Origin: Mytilus californianus
Lineage: Eukaryota
DNA length: 64,000 nucleotides
Direction: 5' to 3'
Assembly (NCBI RefSeq): GCF_021869535.1
Contig: NW_026262696.1
Span: forward strand, 1,612,001 to 1,676,000
Shown here in pieces: positions 1 to 11,480 of the stretch. The position numbers and the translations under genes are program-made. Numbering within the stretch: position 1 is the stretch's first letter; each line of letters opens with the position of its first letter. The notes beneath the pieces are model-generated. The model saw only the letters and a list, made by a program, of their open reading frames with translations, was not told the DNA's origin and made no database searches.

Positions 1-12
1 CATTTATTACAG

Positions 13-3000
13 ATAAGTTTACGACCAGGAGCCATTCACATTCCTTCCATTAGTTCAAGACACAGAAATATTGTCAGCCCGAACGATCTCCGAAATAGTA
101 ATGGTGACAGAAACAGATTCATGGGAACAGATCTACAGAATGAACTTGTAAGAAACAGGCCTTTAAATGGAAATAATGATTTATCTAGAACTATCACGAG
201 TGTATCAGACCCTGTATTTGGAAATACACGAAGGAATGAAAACCAACAGACAAGAACGACACTGGATGACGTAATTAATTCTCGTATCTCAGAACAAGTT
301 TCCCAACCACGCCGATCACGTGATCGAGTGCGACATAGAACTTCGTTAAATTCTGGAACGGCTATTTCTCGGATAAGAAGAAAACTTCTTGTCGATTTGC
401 GTACAACGTTCCGTTATGTACTAAGAACAGGACAACTCCCTCGAGGTATAGCTTTTAACATGGAGAGTGGTAGACCACAACTTGTACAAATAACCCCTGG
501 ATCGCTGGCAGTCAATCCATTTACTTCCAGACAAGTACGTAGATACCTTCGATCAATAGAGCGATCATTAAACGGTCAAGAAAGTTCACCAACAGATAGA
601 GCAGGTCAAGGAAATCAAGCTGACAGCACTTCGCGGATTGGCGGTTCTCCAGTTATAAATACAAGACAAAATAATGTTGAAAGTCTCAGAGATGTCACAT
701 TAGGTTCAGCATTTACTTCAAGTACAAATCATAGATCAGTAGGTCATCAAACATCTTCTCGTCAAGGGATTCAGCCATCTAGAACAACCTCCCAGAATAT
801 CAACTCTTTGACCACGAGATCTAGACCTAATTCCCAGAACACGCAAATATTCAGCGAACCGAGAACAACACATAGCCAGTCTCCAAGAATACTGCCAGGG
901 GTTCCTGTACAAAGACCAGGGGATGGACAGAAATGGTCAAACACTTTATTTCGAGCGAAAATGTTTACTGAACCAGACAACACAATTCAAACAACAGAAA
1001 TAGAAATACCAAGACAATTTACTCGGTCAAGAACTGAAAGGAGACCATCAGAACGACAGGTTCAACAACTGAACACTAGAACAAGAACGGAAATAAGACA
1101 ACCAGAACGAGAGGTTCAACAACTGAACATTAGAACAAGAACTGAAAATAGACAACCAGAACGACAGGTTCAACAACTGAACACTAGAACAAGAACAGAA
1201 ATAAGACAACCTGAACGACATGTTCAACAACTGAACACTCAAACAAGAACTGAAAATAGACAACCAGAACGACAGTTTCAACAACTGAACACTAGAACAA
1301 GAACTGACAATAGACAACCAGAACGACATGTACAACAACTGAACACTAGAACAAGAACTAAAAATAGACAAACAGAACGACAGATACGACAAATGAACAC
1401 TAGACTAAGAACACATGTTCCAACAGTAGTCGAACAACCTGTCGTGCATTCGACAGTTGATACGGATTTGAAGATTTTACATCAAAAGATAGAAAAAGAA
1501 AAGGCATTGTTAATTGATTTAAAACGACAGGAAGAGACATTAAGAAACAATATTAATTCTTTAAATACTCAACAGACATCATCATCAAAGTTATTAGAGG
1601 ATATTGCACTTTTACAAACTATGTTAAAACAAGCAGAATCGACATCTCTAGCTAGTGGTGCAAATTCGGAACACAGCTTAAACCAACCATCAAGTGCGAA
1701 TATACAACCCGCGGAAATTCATCCACATGTTAGCCTTGAACAACAACGTATACAGCAAACAGGGATATCACAACCTCCAAATGTCAATCAAAATCTAAAC
1801 GTGTTACCAAACGTTTTGAATCAAAACACGGCACAAAATAGTAAACAAGAACCACATGTAGTAAATGCACCAGTTCAACACACCGGCAGTACTTTAGCAT
1901 CATTGGAGGCTTTAACAGGACAACCAGTTTTTATGAATAATGCTGTACCTTTACAACATACGTTACCCAAAAATCAGCCCAGAAAGGCAACTATGGGTCA
2001 CAGTATTATGCCCATAAATCAGCCCGGGCAGGGATCTATGGGTCACAGTGTTATGCCCATAAATCAGCGCGGACAGTCATCTATGAGTCACAATATTATG
2101 CCCATACATCAGCCCGGACAGGCACATATGGGTAACAGTATTATGCCCATAAATCAGCCCGGACAAGCACCTATGAGTAACAGTATTATGGGCATAAATC
2201 AGCCCGCACAGGCACCTATGGGTCACAGAATTATGCCCAACAATCAGTTTGGAACATCACCTTTCGGGTTTAGACTTCCATCAGAGTTTTTACAGGAAAT
2301 GATGTTTGGCGACACTACTGATCCTCCAGATCCCACTAATCCACCAACTACGACACCTATCCCGACAACACTTCCGCCTACAACTGCGCATGTTTTAACA
2401 ACTCCGTTACCAAAACCTCCAGTACGAAATCAATATCACCAGCAAGTAACCAATGCCGCTACATTAAATGATATTTTATCCTCACTTCAGAATTCTGCAG
2501 TAAAAGGAGGCTTTAAATTATTATTTCAACTTCCGGGTTCTAATTCTAGTATACCAATAGAGGTACTTAATTCAAAAAGCACACCTTTGATAAAAGACTC
2601 CAACCCAACGGTTAAACTTGCAACAAGTAGTCCTGATAAGTTACTTCATAGACATCTATCTGGCAAGGAACACTCCAACCCAACGGTTAAACTTGCAACA
2701 AGTAGTCCTGATGAGTTATTTCATAAACATCTTTCTGGCAAGGAACAAACTGCTACAATTATACAAAATGGATATTTACCAGGCATTCCAATGCAAGCTG
2801 TGCCTATGTTATCACAAGAAATGAAAAATTTGAAAAATGATAACCGCAGGACAATGCATAACACCCATCATAAGCCGAATCAGTTACTTACGGTCCAGCC
2901 AATAACACAACTGCTACCAGATGTTAATCCTCATCCAACTTTACAGCAACCACATTCGTCTTTAAATCCACAGACAAGTCAAAGTGGTAACGTTCATACA

Positions 3001-5355
3001 ACCCAAAGTCTTTCGCAGTTGAAAATTAAACAACAGGAAAATTCAGTCCATCAGTTTGATGTTAATAAAACACCAGTCAATTCAGATACACAGGTGAACA
3101 GAAATAATGATATTCAAATGGAAAACTTTCCATCATATTATGAGTATGACTTAGCAAAAGCCAAAAGTGTCAACAATGTTAAAATTCCTTCTGGAAATAG
3201 TCTCATTTTGGATATTAAGGGAAACCAGATTTCCAGGACGACAAATACCCTGAATCAACATGGAGTTATATCGCAGTCTCAAAAACCAAATTCATATTTA
3301 TCGAAAGTCGAAATAAAACAAAATCCGGCAACAACAACTGCTAGTTACATAATTAATATGATACCGTACAATACACATGCTTCATTGCCCGCTATTCAAC
3401 CAATGACAATAAATAACATTCCAAACTCAAACAGTAATGTAAATTTCAAACACACAGAAATCAACCCTGTAAGGATAATGCCTATATCGAAACAGCACAC
3501 AAAAGTAAACCCGCTAACAGACAGACTTCAACGAATTGAGCACATGGTGAACAAGTTATTAACAGAGCAAAGAACTACTCCTAAGCCTTTACCTACTACA
3601 CCATTTATAGAACCTGACGAATTAGAAGGCGAAGAATTACCCATTAGAACTACGCCAATGACGATGACAACGCAAGGGCAATTTGATAGCAATTCACAAT
3701 GGCAATATAAAAATCCATCTCATCATAATCACCATTCTCATCACAATGCACATCCGAATCAACAACATTTGCCAAATATAGAATATCGACAACATGTAAC
3801 GAATCAATTCAATCACAATCCAAGCAATCAGCATAATACTGCATTTTCGAACCAACCACATTTTACACAGCCACATGTGCCAAGTAATGATTTTGGTCAA
3901 CTCCGAACCAACCAGCACTTGAAAAATCCACATACTAACCAAAATAATGCATTTTCTTATCAAATTCATAATCAGCAGGGAGGTCATCAATCAAATCTGC
4001 ATTATCAAGACCCAAGTCATCGTCAAAATGATGTTAACTCAGTTAAACCACCTGTGTTCAGCAACCCACACATTCAACATCAAACAAATCAGCATCATCA
4101 GGAGCCATCCAATCAACCAAACATGTCAAATAATCATAATGGACATCTACGAACTAATCAAAATGAACATACCCATCGCCTTCACGGAAACGAGGCTACC
4201 AAACACCATAATATACCAGTTAGTCATCATGTTACACCAAATCATGAGACGATAACAAGTACAGTCAGTCATCAACAAGCACCATCAAGTAATATACAAA
4301 ACACATCACATCAATGTCATCCCAAGCTTCCTAATTTTGGATGTGAAGGAGTAGGAATGTTTACGTCAATGAAATCAATTGGTGCATGGTGTGTCAGTAA
4401 GTGTGTACAAGGACAATGTGTGGAATCGGTATGCCAGTGTGGATGTTATATTAATTCTAAAACTAATATCAAGATTAATGAAATCGGAAACGAAATTGCA
4501 TCTGCATTCTCTGGAAACTCTGGAAATTCTTCTAATGCAAATAAAGCATTGGTAGACCTGTACGCCTCTTTAAATAAAGATGCTTCAAGTCATGGTTATG
4601 CTGTTTCTCCAGTAGAAAAGCAAACAAATACACCTATTACAACTACGGCTGCACCTTCTGACGTAAAGTCACTGCTAACGTCAATCGAAAAGCTAATAGA
4701 ATCAAAACTATCACATATAGGAAATTCTAACAATAACCACGAAAGCAGTACCAAACAAAATCCAAATATGAAGGAAAATTCTTTTGATCCACGAAAACCA
4801 ATAGTGACAAGGTCAGATACAACTAACAATATTCACAAATCGCAGGCATCACAGGTCGTTGATTGGAGGTCGTCGCATATGTCACACAATTCTCCAAACA
4901 ACCAATGGAACCCCCATCTTATTCATCAATCACCAAATGATGCTAGGCGATCTTCACAGTCACCAGGATGGAATCAGCACCAAGATGTTGGTTTTGAAAG
5001 GCGGCGAGTAGATAGCTGGCATGCACAGTCAAACAGAAACAACGATCATAATAACTGGAATCATCCTTCACATCATACTAATCCACAAAGCATGCAACAT
5101 CATCAACGACAACATCCACACGATTCAACACCTCCAAACAACCACTGGGGGAATAGTGGGCATCGGCAAAACGGACCAACATCGCCTAGAACGTGGCATG
5201 ATTCACGGCATTCCAGAAGTAGTGGTTGGCAACCTACGACAACTCAGGGGACTTGGAGTTTTCAGGGAAGACGACATTGGCAATCTCATCCTTTACCAAA
5301 ACAAGAAGGGAAGAGAAAAGGAAAAAAGAAAGGAGAAGAGGCTGAGGAGCAGTAG
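13..5355 (+). CDS. Giant intronless exon (probably terminal) of a Q/N/H/T/S/P-rich low-complexity protein, at least 1744 aa, likely an extracellular structural or matrix protein
   Basis: ORF 121-5355 ends in TAG. The same frame is open back to base 1, with a possible splice acceptor (tttattacAG, 11-12) giving a phase-0 exon start at 13. There is no signal peptide at Met121, so upstream exons probably lie outside the window. It contains in-frame repeats, a coiled-coil-like stretch, a His-rich block, a Cys module and a basic tail (KRKGKKK). Confidence 0.85.
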   Translation: MSLRPGAIHIPSISSRHRNIVSPNDLRNSNGDRNRFMGTDLQNELVRNRPLNGNNDLSRTITSVSDPVFGNTRRNENQQTRTTLDDVINSRISEQVSQPRRSRDRVRHRTSLNSGTAISRIRRKLLVDLRTTFRYVLRTGQLPRGIAFNMESGRPQLVQITPGSLAVNPFTSRQVRRYLRSIERSLNGQESSPTDRAGQGNQADSTSRIGGSPVINTRQNNVESLRDVTLGSAFTSSTNHRSVGHQTSSRQGIQPSRTTSQNINSLTTRSRPNSQNTQIFSEPRTTHSQSPRILPGVPVQRPGDGQKWSNTLFRAKMFTEPDNTIQTTEIEIPRQFTRSRTERRPSERQVQQLNTRTRTEIRQPEREVQQLNIRTRTENRQPERQVQQLNTRTRTEIRQPERHVQQLNTQTRTENRQPERQFQQLNTRTRTDNRQPERHVQQLNTRTRTKNRQTERQIRQMNTRLRTHVPTVVEQPVVHSTVDTDLKILHQKIEKEKALLIDLKRQEETLRNNINSLNTQQTSSSKLLEDIALLQTMLKQAESTSLASGANSEHSLNQPSSANIQPAEIHPHVSLEQQRIQQTGISQPPNVNQNLNVLPNVLNQNTAQNSKQEPHVVNAPVQHTGSTLASLEALTGQPVFMNNAVPLQHTLPKNQPRKATMGHSIMPINQPGQGSMGHSVMPINQRGQSSMSHNIMPIHQPGQAHMGNSIMPINQPGQAPMSNSIMGINQPAQAPMGHRIMPNNQFGTSPFGFRLPSEFLQEMMFGDTTDPPDPTNPPTTTPIPTTLPPTTAHVLTTPLPKPPVRNQYHQQVTNAATLNDILSSLQNSAVKGGFKLLFQLPGSNSSIPIEVLNSKSTPLIKDSNPTVKLATSSPDKLLHRHLSGKEHSNPTVKLATSSPDELFHKHLSGKEQTATIIQNGYLPGIPMQAVPMLSQEMKNLKNDNRRTMHNTHHKPNQLLTVQPITQLLPDVNPHPTLQQPHSSLNPQTSQSGNVHTTQSLSQLKIKQQENSVHQFDVNKTPVNSDTQVNRNNDIQMENFPSYYEYDLAKAKSVNNVKIPSGNSLILDIKGNQISRTTNTLNQHGVISQSQKPNSYLSKVEIKQNPATTTASYIINMIPYNTHASLPAIQPMTINNIPNSNSNVNFKHTEINPVRIMPISKQHTKVNPLTDRLQRIEHMVNKLLTEQRTTPKPLPTTPFIEPDELEGEELPIRTTPMTMTTQGQFDSNSQWQYKNPSHHNHHSHHNAHPNQQHLPNIEYRQHVTNQFNHNPSNQHNTAFSNQPHFTQPHVPSNDFGQLRTNQHLKNPHTNQNNAFSYQIHNQQGGHQSNLHYQDPSHRQNDVNSVKPPVFSNPHIQHQTNQHHQEPSNQPNMSNNHNGHLRTNQNEHTHRLHGNEATKHHNIPVSHHVTPNHETITSTVSHQQAPSSNIQNTSHQCHPKLPNFGCEGVGMFTSMKSIGAWCVSKCVQGQCVESVCQCGCYINSKTNIKINEIGNEIASAFSGNSGNSSNANKALVDLYASLNKDASSHGYAVSPVEKQTNTPITTTAAPSDVKSLLTSIEKLIESKLSHIGNSNNNHESSTKQNPNMKENSFDPRKPIVTRSDTTNNIHKSQASQVVDWRSSHMSHNSPNNQWNPHLIHQSPNDARRSSQSPGWNQHQDVGFERRRVDSWHAQSNRNNDHNNWNHPSHHTNPQSMQHHQRQHPHDSTPPNNHWGNSGHRQNGPTSPRTWHDSRHSRSSGWQPTTTQGTWSFQGRRHWQSHPLPKQEGKRKGKKKGEEAEEQ
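1030..1410 (+). repeat. Coding tandem repeat, 54 bp / 18 aa (RTEIRQPERQVQQLNTRT), about 6-7 copies
   Basis: Unit visible in both DNA and ORF translation. Confidence 0.9.
1993..2262 (+). repeat. Coding tandem repeat, 45 bp / 15 aa (MGHSIMPINQPGQAP-like), 6 copies
   Basis: Six consecutive Met-initiated 15-aa units in the ORF translation. Confidence 0.9.
2597..2746 (+). repeat. Coding 75-bp / 25-aa tandem duplication (SNPTVKLATSSPD..HLSGKE)
   Basis: Near-identical copies start at 2597 and 2672. Confidence 0.9.
4342..4446 (+). other. Cys/Trp module CEGVG..WCVSKCVQGQCVESVCQCGC within the giant exon
   Basis: Spacing C-x3-G-x9-W-C-x3-C-x4-C-x4-C-x-C. It resembles, from memory, a small motif appended to invertebrate chitinases and chitin-active proteins; not verified by search. 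Confidence 0.5.
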
Positions 5356-5674
5356 ACATGTAAACAAAATATTGTTTTAAAAATAGAAGACGTACAATCG
5401 TTGGAGTAAACCGCCTACACTGCGGGCATTACGTTGGAAGAAGTCAACCATGGTTTACTATATTGACCTTTTGTATTTAACAACACGTTCGTATATGCTT
5501 ATTAATTTTTATAGCTTATAGCTAAATTTGACAGTAGTGTTATCATAACATAATGTAGTAAGCTTACGCTTAAATCTGTGATACTATATGATGTCTCAAA
5601 GAGGTGCATGCACTTGTCAACTCATTCTGCTCCATTTCATTTCTATTTAATATTTTTTGGGTGTGTCTTCTTAT

Positions 5675-5688
5675 AATAAACTAATAAA
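5675..5688 (+). terminator. Tandem AATAAA polyadenylation signals for the + strand gene
   Basis: AATAAA at 5675-5680 and 5683-5688, about 320 nt after the stop. Confidence 0.5.
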
Positions 5689-6633
5689 AATGACGATTAA
5701 TTATCCATAATAAATAGAAAATGGAGTCAAGACAAGATAGGAATACAATTTTGAATTCCCTTTTCAAAATTTGTTGAATTAATTAAAACATTAGATTGGA
5801 ATACAATTATTATAATTGTTAACATGTTAATTCTCATTGAATTTTTTTTTTTTATTAGAAGAAATTTGGAAATTAGAGAGGAGCAAGCATCTTCAATGAG
5901 TAAACACTGTTAAAATCTAAAAACATTTAGACATACACTTTGAAATGAAAATTTACAGATTGAAAAATTCGTGCTTGAATTAACATTACAAGGGGAAGCT
6001 TAGGTGTGTAAACATATGAAAAATCAAATAGGGCATAATTGAAAGCGTTAGAGGCTGCTGGAGCGTACAAGTATAGGTACAAATTGTAAAAATGGTGTCT
6101 TTTAGGGTTGTGTATTACGTTGTGATTGATTCCAATGACAACATGAAATGCTAATACAATCGACCTGACCAATACTCAGTTCTATCCAATGATGTATGTC
6201 TGAAATTAAAAAAAAAAACATATTTAAAGCCAAATACTTTATTTATTTTATGTAAAATATTTACTTTTCTGTGCAAATATTTTAAATGATGTTGCTTGAT
6301 ATTCCTATTTTAAGTAATGAAAAAACCACTATTGTGAAGAAAAAAAATAGTCCTTATATACGTAAAAGGACTCTAAATAATGTATATGAATGCTAATAAA
6401 ATAGTGAAATATGTATACTTTGTCATTTTTATCGTATTTTTGACACTTAACTCCATACTCCTTTCAACAGGTTTCAGATATAAACAGATCGAAATTTTAA
6501 GATATTTTTTTAGAGTACCAATCGATTAGGTGATAATGGATGTCTATAAAACGTCTAGTGAACAATAAAAATGCATATTCAGGATGAAAACATGTAAATG
6601 TGGTAATTATGAATACTAAACCTGCTTTGTACT

Positions 6634-6879
6634 AGACCGACTAGAACCGGATTTGAAACGTGCTAGCTCACAATGTAACAGTTTGCAGGAATACATAATA
6701 CCCGGACACATTTTTTGTCTCCGGGTCAACCAGTCTTTACTCTTACTCTTTAATGATGCGTGATTAGCTAAAAAGCATCAAATGCCAAAATAAATCTTTG
6801 GTTTAACACGGTCGGGAATCGATCCCACGAGTTCCCGCACTATAGGCGAGCAAGCTACCACAAAACCACCAAAGCGGTT
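6634..6879 (-). mobile_element. tRNA-derived SINE, degenerate
   Basis: The minus strand begins with an A-box-like TGGTGG..TGGT and a B-box-like GGGATCGATTCC (6815-6826), followed by a body I recall from mollusc SINEs (aaaccaaaga..ttggcatttgatgc..aagagtaaagactggttg). Confidence 0.65.
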
Positions 6880-8431
6880 CCAGTCGATTGGACAATACTG
6901 TATAAAGAAACAAATTTCCTGACCATTTATCACCCACAAAAACATCTTTTAAAGGAAGAGAACAGTATTTTACAAATATAGAAACACAAAGAAAAGAATG
7001 ACTGGCGATTTCTATATTATCATAGCGGAAGTAGTAATTATAATTATACAAGTTAACATGTAGATCAGTTTAGACATTTATTTTATTTCTATTCAATTTG
7101 GTATATCGGTGAAACCTTAAAATTACTTTTATGTCTACAATCGTGAATAAGACACAAAAAAAAGTAAAAAAATATAATTTTTATTTTTATGCACGCATTT
7201 TCCCGCCGTTTAGCCTTATCGTACATGTACTCCGATAGTTTTACTGTGAAATTTCAAATTACATATAATTTGATATTTTTCTTTGCAATTACACGAGATC
7301 ATTCGATCTTACAACCAAAAATGAAAACTATATTTTCATTTCATAGACACAATTAAAAAGTACTTGAGCTTCACAAAAAAGGAAAAAGAAACACTCTTTA
7401 GTGATGAACATTTCAGTATAGCGGATGATGTTAAGAAATATAACGAAAAGGAAAGGTACTAGGTGTATATTAATGAAACAGCACCCAGTTATGATAAACT
7501 CACGAAGTTCCACGAGATGTGTATATAGTTTTGAATTAAGTACCATACGTAAGGCTGTGCAAAGCCCGGAATCTAGAAGAGCTAAACATATTGTATATTG
7601 ATAGTGTTTTCTATGAATATTAACTTTACACAATAAATTAAACAAAGACTATAAAAGGTCTACAATGAGCACCAAATTATTTAAAGAAAAAAAGCTACTA
7701 AGATATAGACGGATAAACATACCAACGAGGGCCATGTGCCGTAAAAGATACGAAAAACATGACTATATAAATTTGTTTTTTGAGCGTTAACATACCTTCC
7801 TTTTTTTTTTTTTTTTTTTTTTATCTCAATCGGCAGTATAACAAAGAGTACAGAAAAGACAGTTAAACCATAAAAATTAGTGCCGAAATTTTTTTAATGA
7901 TGATGTTACATACTACAACTGAAGTAAAACTTTAGTTCGGATATAAAAGAAAAACAAAGGATACGGGATATCCATCCATGACACAAAATCAGTACATGCA
8001 CAGCAAAAAAACACACAAAAAGCAAAGAAACAGCGCTTTTATTGCTGTTCTTCATCTCAAAGTCACAGTGAGGACTTCATCACGGCGCAAAAAAAAACAA
8101 CTCTCACCTCACTGCAAGTTTAAGACGGCCCCTATAACCGGCTTGAGCGGAATTCTTTGCAAAAACAATTTGGATAGACCTTGTAAGATGCAACACCACC
8201 TAATCGGACCAGGTAAAAAAAGAACATATAGCCTGTTTTCTCCCCAGGCAGGTTCCATTTTACACACATTATTCACACGATAACATCAAAATCTCTGCAG
8301 TGTTTGGATAAACACAACATCGTCTACTACATGAAAATGTAATGTTACCTTACCGTAAGTTTTCGTCACGGTAAGGAAGTCAAAATCGAAAAGTGTGGTA
8401 AAATATTTCTGGTGTAACTCTATCAAACATG

Positions 8432-8590
8432 TTAAAAGCATCCCTTTGCTTATAATTCGTCTGTTGGAAAAAATCTACGCAGATGAAAATATCACGTGAT
8501 ACAAATATAATAGTTGAAATGTATTAAAAGCATCCCTTTGCTTAATTCGCCTGTTTGAAAAACTAGGCAGATGAAAATGTCACGTGATAC
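8432..8590 (+). repeat. Two-copy tandem duplication of about 90 bp, each copy ending in palindromic TCACGTGA
   Basis: ttaaaagcatccctttgctt...gcagatgaaaat.tcacgtgatac occurs twice. Confidence 0.8.
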
Positions 8591-8810
8591 CAATTGTTCA
8601 ACCTCTTCATTAAAACACAAATATCAAATATCTCAGAACTCTCCTATGCTTAAACCTATCGTTTCTAAGAATAGTCCAATGAAAGACAACTTATGTAACT
8701 TCATAATGAAAAAGTGTATCATCAGAATAAAATGATAGACACTAATTAATACGAACCTTTGATACCATATAACTCATCTAAAAATATATCACATTTATTC
8801 TGTATAAAAA

Positions 8811-9069
8811 TAAGAAGATGTGGTATGATTGCAAATGAGACAACTACCTATTAAAGTTTAAATGGCGAAGATAAATGCAATTGTAGGTCACTGTACGGCC
8901 TTCGACAATGGGAAAAACCCATACCGTATAGTCAGCTATAAGAGGCCTCGACATGATAATTGTGAAACAATTAAAACGAGAAAACTAACGGTCTAATTTA
9001 TATCAAAACAATTTATGAAAAACAAATATGACCGACATGAACCAACCACAACCACTGAATTGCAGGCTG
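8811..9069 (+). repeat. Abundant interspersed repeat family A (aagatgtggtatgattgccaatgagacaact...)
   Basis: The same motif recurs at about 9650(-), 12200(-), 20550(+), 21296(+), 39945(-), 45190(-), 51690(-) and 51965(+). I recognise it as a high-copy mussel repeat. Confidence 0.8.
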
Positions 9070-9221
9070 TGTCTGATTATATCGTAATACCCGTTTCTGT
9101 TTTCACTTTTCTATTCTTTTAAAAGATGTTGGTCATTCTTTAGTTCCTTCTATAAAAGAAAAAAATACCTCACAGTCTATAATTAGTAGATTATGCATTT
9201 ATCAATAATCTTAAGCAGGTT

Positions 9222-9365
9222 CCTATTCAAAAAGTAAAATCACAAAAATACTGAACTCCGAGGAAAATTCAAAACGGAAAGTCCCTAATCAAATGGCAAA
9301 ATCAAATGATAAAACACATCAAACGAATGGACAACAACTGTCATATTCCTGACTTGGTACAGGTA
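9222..9365 (+). repeat. Interspersed repeat (aaaagtaaaatcacaaaaatactgaactccgagg...cctgacttggtacagg)
   Basis: Its 3-prime cctgacttgg.acagg motif is shared with 20775 and 49445; recognised as a common mussel repeat. Confidence 0.5.
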
Positions 9366-9379
9366 CAAACCCAGCTCAG

Positions 9380-9675
9380 GCCGTTAGTTTTCTGTTTAAA
9401 AAATCTTCACATTTTGTCATCCAGAGAATAACTTGCTATACAGTATGGTTTTTGCTCATTACTGAAGGCCGTAAGATGGATTGACAATCATACTACATCT
9501 CCTTATGTTCGTTTTATTGTCATCCCGAGGCCTTTTATAGCTTTCTAAATGGTATGGGTTTTGCTCATTGCTGAATGCCATAAGATGATTTGAAATTGTT
9601 CAGCATTTATGTTTTGGTCTTTAATGGATAGTTGTTATATTGGCAATCATAATTACCACATCTTTTTATTTTTAT
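9380..9675 (-). repeat. Family A copies inverted relative to 8811-9069
   Basis: Reverse-complement similarity (ggccgttagttttc, atggg.tttgctcattg, ttggcaatcat..ccacatct). Confidence 0.7.
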
Positions 9676-10189
9676 ATTAATCTGCAGAATAAAATCCTGG
9701 ACATTAATTACTAAAAAATTACCCGAATGAGAAATAATAAAAATGGGTAAGTCGTATTTTGCTCTAAATTTATAAAGCCGAAGGTCATTTACAATTTACA
9801 AGTCCGGACTGTGAAATGTTTTTTTCATGTGAACATATGCGATAAGGCTTATTCAATTAACTTCATCACGGAGACATGCCTTATGCAATACCACTAACAA
9901 GATTACACCGAATTCTCCTTAAAATCAGGGGAAGATCATCGTATCGTGCTCGCAACGCCAGTGATAATGTTTTCTGAAAGACTTAAATTGATATTTATTA
10001 ATTCTTTGCTAAGAAAACACCATTTAATTATCATATCCGAGACTTGTACTGTAGGCTCCGGATCGGAATGATGTATCAGGGGCGAATTTTTTTCAACGAA
10101 CCAAAAATAAATGTGCAGGCCAGCATGTAAAAAATCTGTTAATTCAGGCACATATTAGTGTTTATTCATATCTTATTATATGATATAGC

Positions 10190-10245
10190 CGTGAATATGC
10201 ATGAAATATTTGCCACTGGATGTTAAGTCACAACCAATAAATAAG
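10190..10245 (+). mobile_element. SINE/LINE 3-prime tail fragment
   Basis: atatgcatgaaatatttgccactgga.gttaag..caa; same tail at 15700-15752, 25445-25505 and 46700-46768. Confidence 0.7.
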
Positions 10246-10574
10246 TTGATTGAATATTCCATAAAAATAACTGGAATATTTATTACTTCTAGAAAAACAC
10301 AAGCTATCCATGATCGTTAAAAAGACCCGAAAAATTCCAATACATGTATGTGAAAGACTTATACACGAGGGTCTTCATGGGGGCTTACATATATATTTTT
10401 TAAAAATAGAATAATGGGTATACATTAGAGAATAAAGAATGACTGGGTGCTAAAATATAAACAATAACTTTTTTTGTACTTTTCTGTAACCTGTTGTTTG
10501 TCTCTTCTTCTTTCGGCCATGTTGTTGCCTGTCGTTCTTGGACCTACATTACTGTGGTATTTTCTCCATTTCAA

Positions 10575-10960
10575 AGGTATCATCAGCTCAGTAGTCGATA
10601 TTTCGGTACTGACATGATTTGTAACACACCTTTATATTGTCCGTTTATGAATTAAGAAACTATTAAGAAACTAAGGTTCCAACTTACTCAGGCAAAGTTG
10701 ACATTAGACAGATTTTTGTTGTTGTTTAAGGTCCGTTTTGGTCATACAGCTCTTCATGTATTTCTGTTCTTATACAATCTTGGCTTTCAAATAGTTGGTT
10801 TTGAGCGTTTCTTATGAAGGGCAATACAGAAATGCGCTTCAAATACAGCAATTTTTATCAACTGAAGATTATTTTCATTTTTTATAGCACTGGGTCGATA
10901 CCACTGCTGATGGACTATTAGTCTCCAATGGTATCATCAGCTCACTACTTGGTACTGACA
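10575..10960 (+). mobile_element. Retrozyme-like tandem repeat (about 352-bp period) with a decayed hammerhead core
   Basis: ggtatcatcagctca..ggtactgacat recurs at about 10577 and 10929. Core remnant CTTATGA..GAAA at 10811-10832. The 25-mer ctgggtcgataccactgctgatgga is identical to the reverse complement of the 52.5-kb copy. Confidence 0.6.
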
Positions 10961-11269
10961 TACCTTATTACATACATTTCTTAGGGAATGCCCATTAAAT
11001 ATTCTGAAAAGGGGAAGGGGACAGAAGAAATTTTTGCGTATATAACTGTTGCTACGCATGCTTATTTTATTTCCGTTTGTTAACAATTATTTTCATTTTG
11101 TGTTGCAGAATATTCATTTTCATCATATCTTGGGCAAAATTCTTTATTTTCAACTTTTACCAGGCTATGATATTTATTTTCACAAGCCCCCCCCCCCCCC
11201 CCCCTCCGAAAATTATAAATTCCAAGTTCTCAGGCCATGTTGAAATTGAATGGATTTTTCAATTATTTT

Positions 11270-11480
11270 TAGACTCCCGTTGGTCATATAGCTCTTCGTG
11301 TGTTTATGATTTTATACATCATTGGTTTTCAAATATTTGACTTTAATCGTTCCTGATGAAGGTAGATCCAGCAAAGCGCTTCGGAAGCAGCACATTTATT
11401 AAACGTTTATTTTCTTTTTTCATGGGACTGGGTCGATATTGCTGATGTTCGACTATTAGTCCCCGATGGTATCATCATCA
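11270..11480 (+). mobile_element. Further retrozyme-like copy, CTGATGA core at 11353-11359
   Basis: ctgatgaaggtagatccagcaaagcgcttcgg, homologous to the 10750-10940 copy; GAAA is mutated to GCAA. A shorter relic lies at 14775-14815. Confidence 0.55.

Noticed and set aside
771-5380. Small alternative-frame and antisense ORFs overlapping the giant exon
   Set aside because: By-products of repeat periodicity and codon bias.
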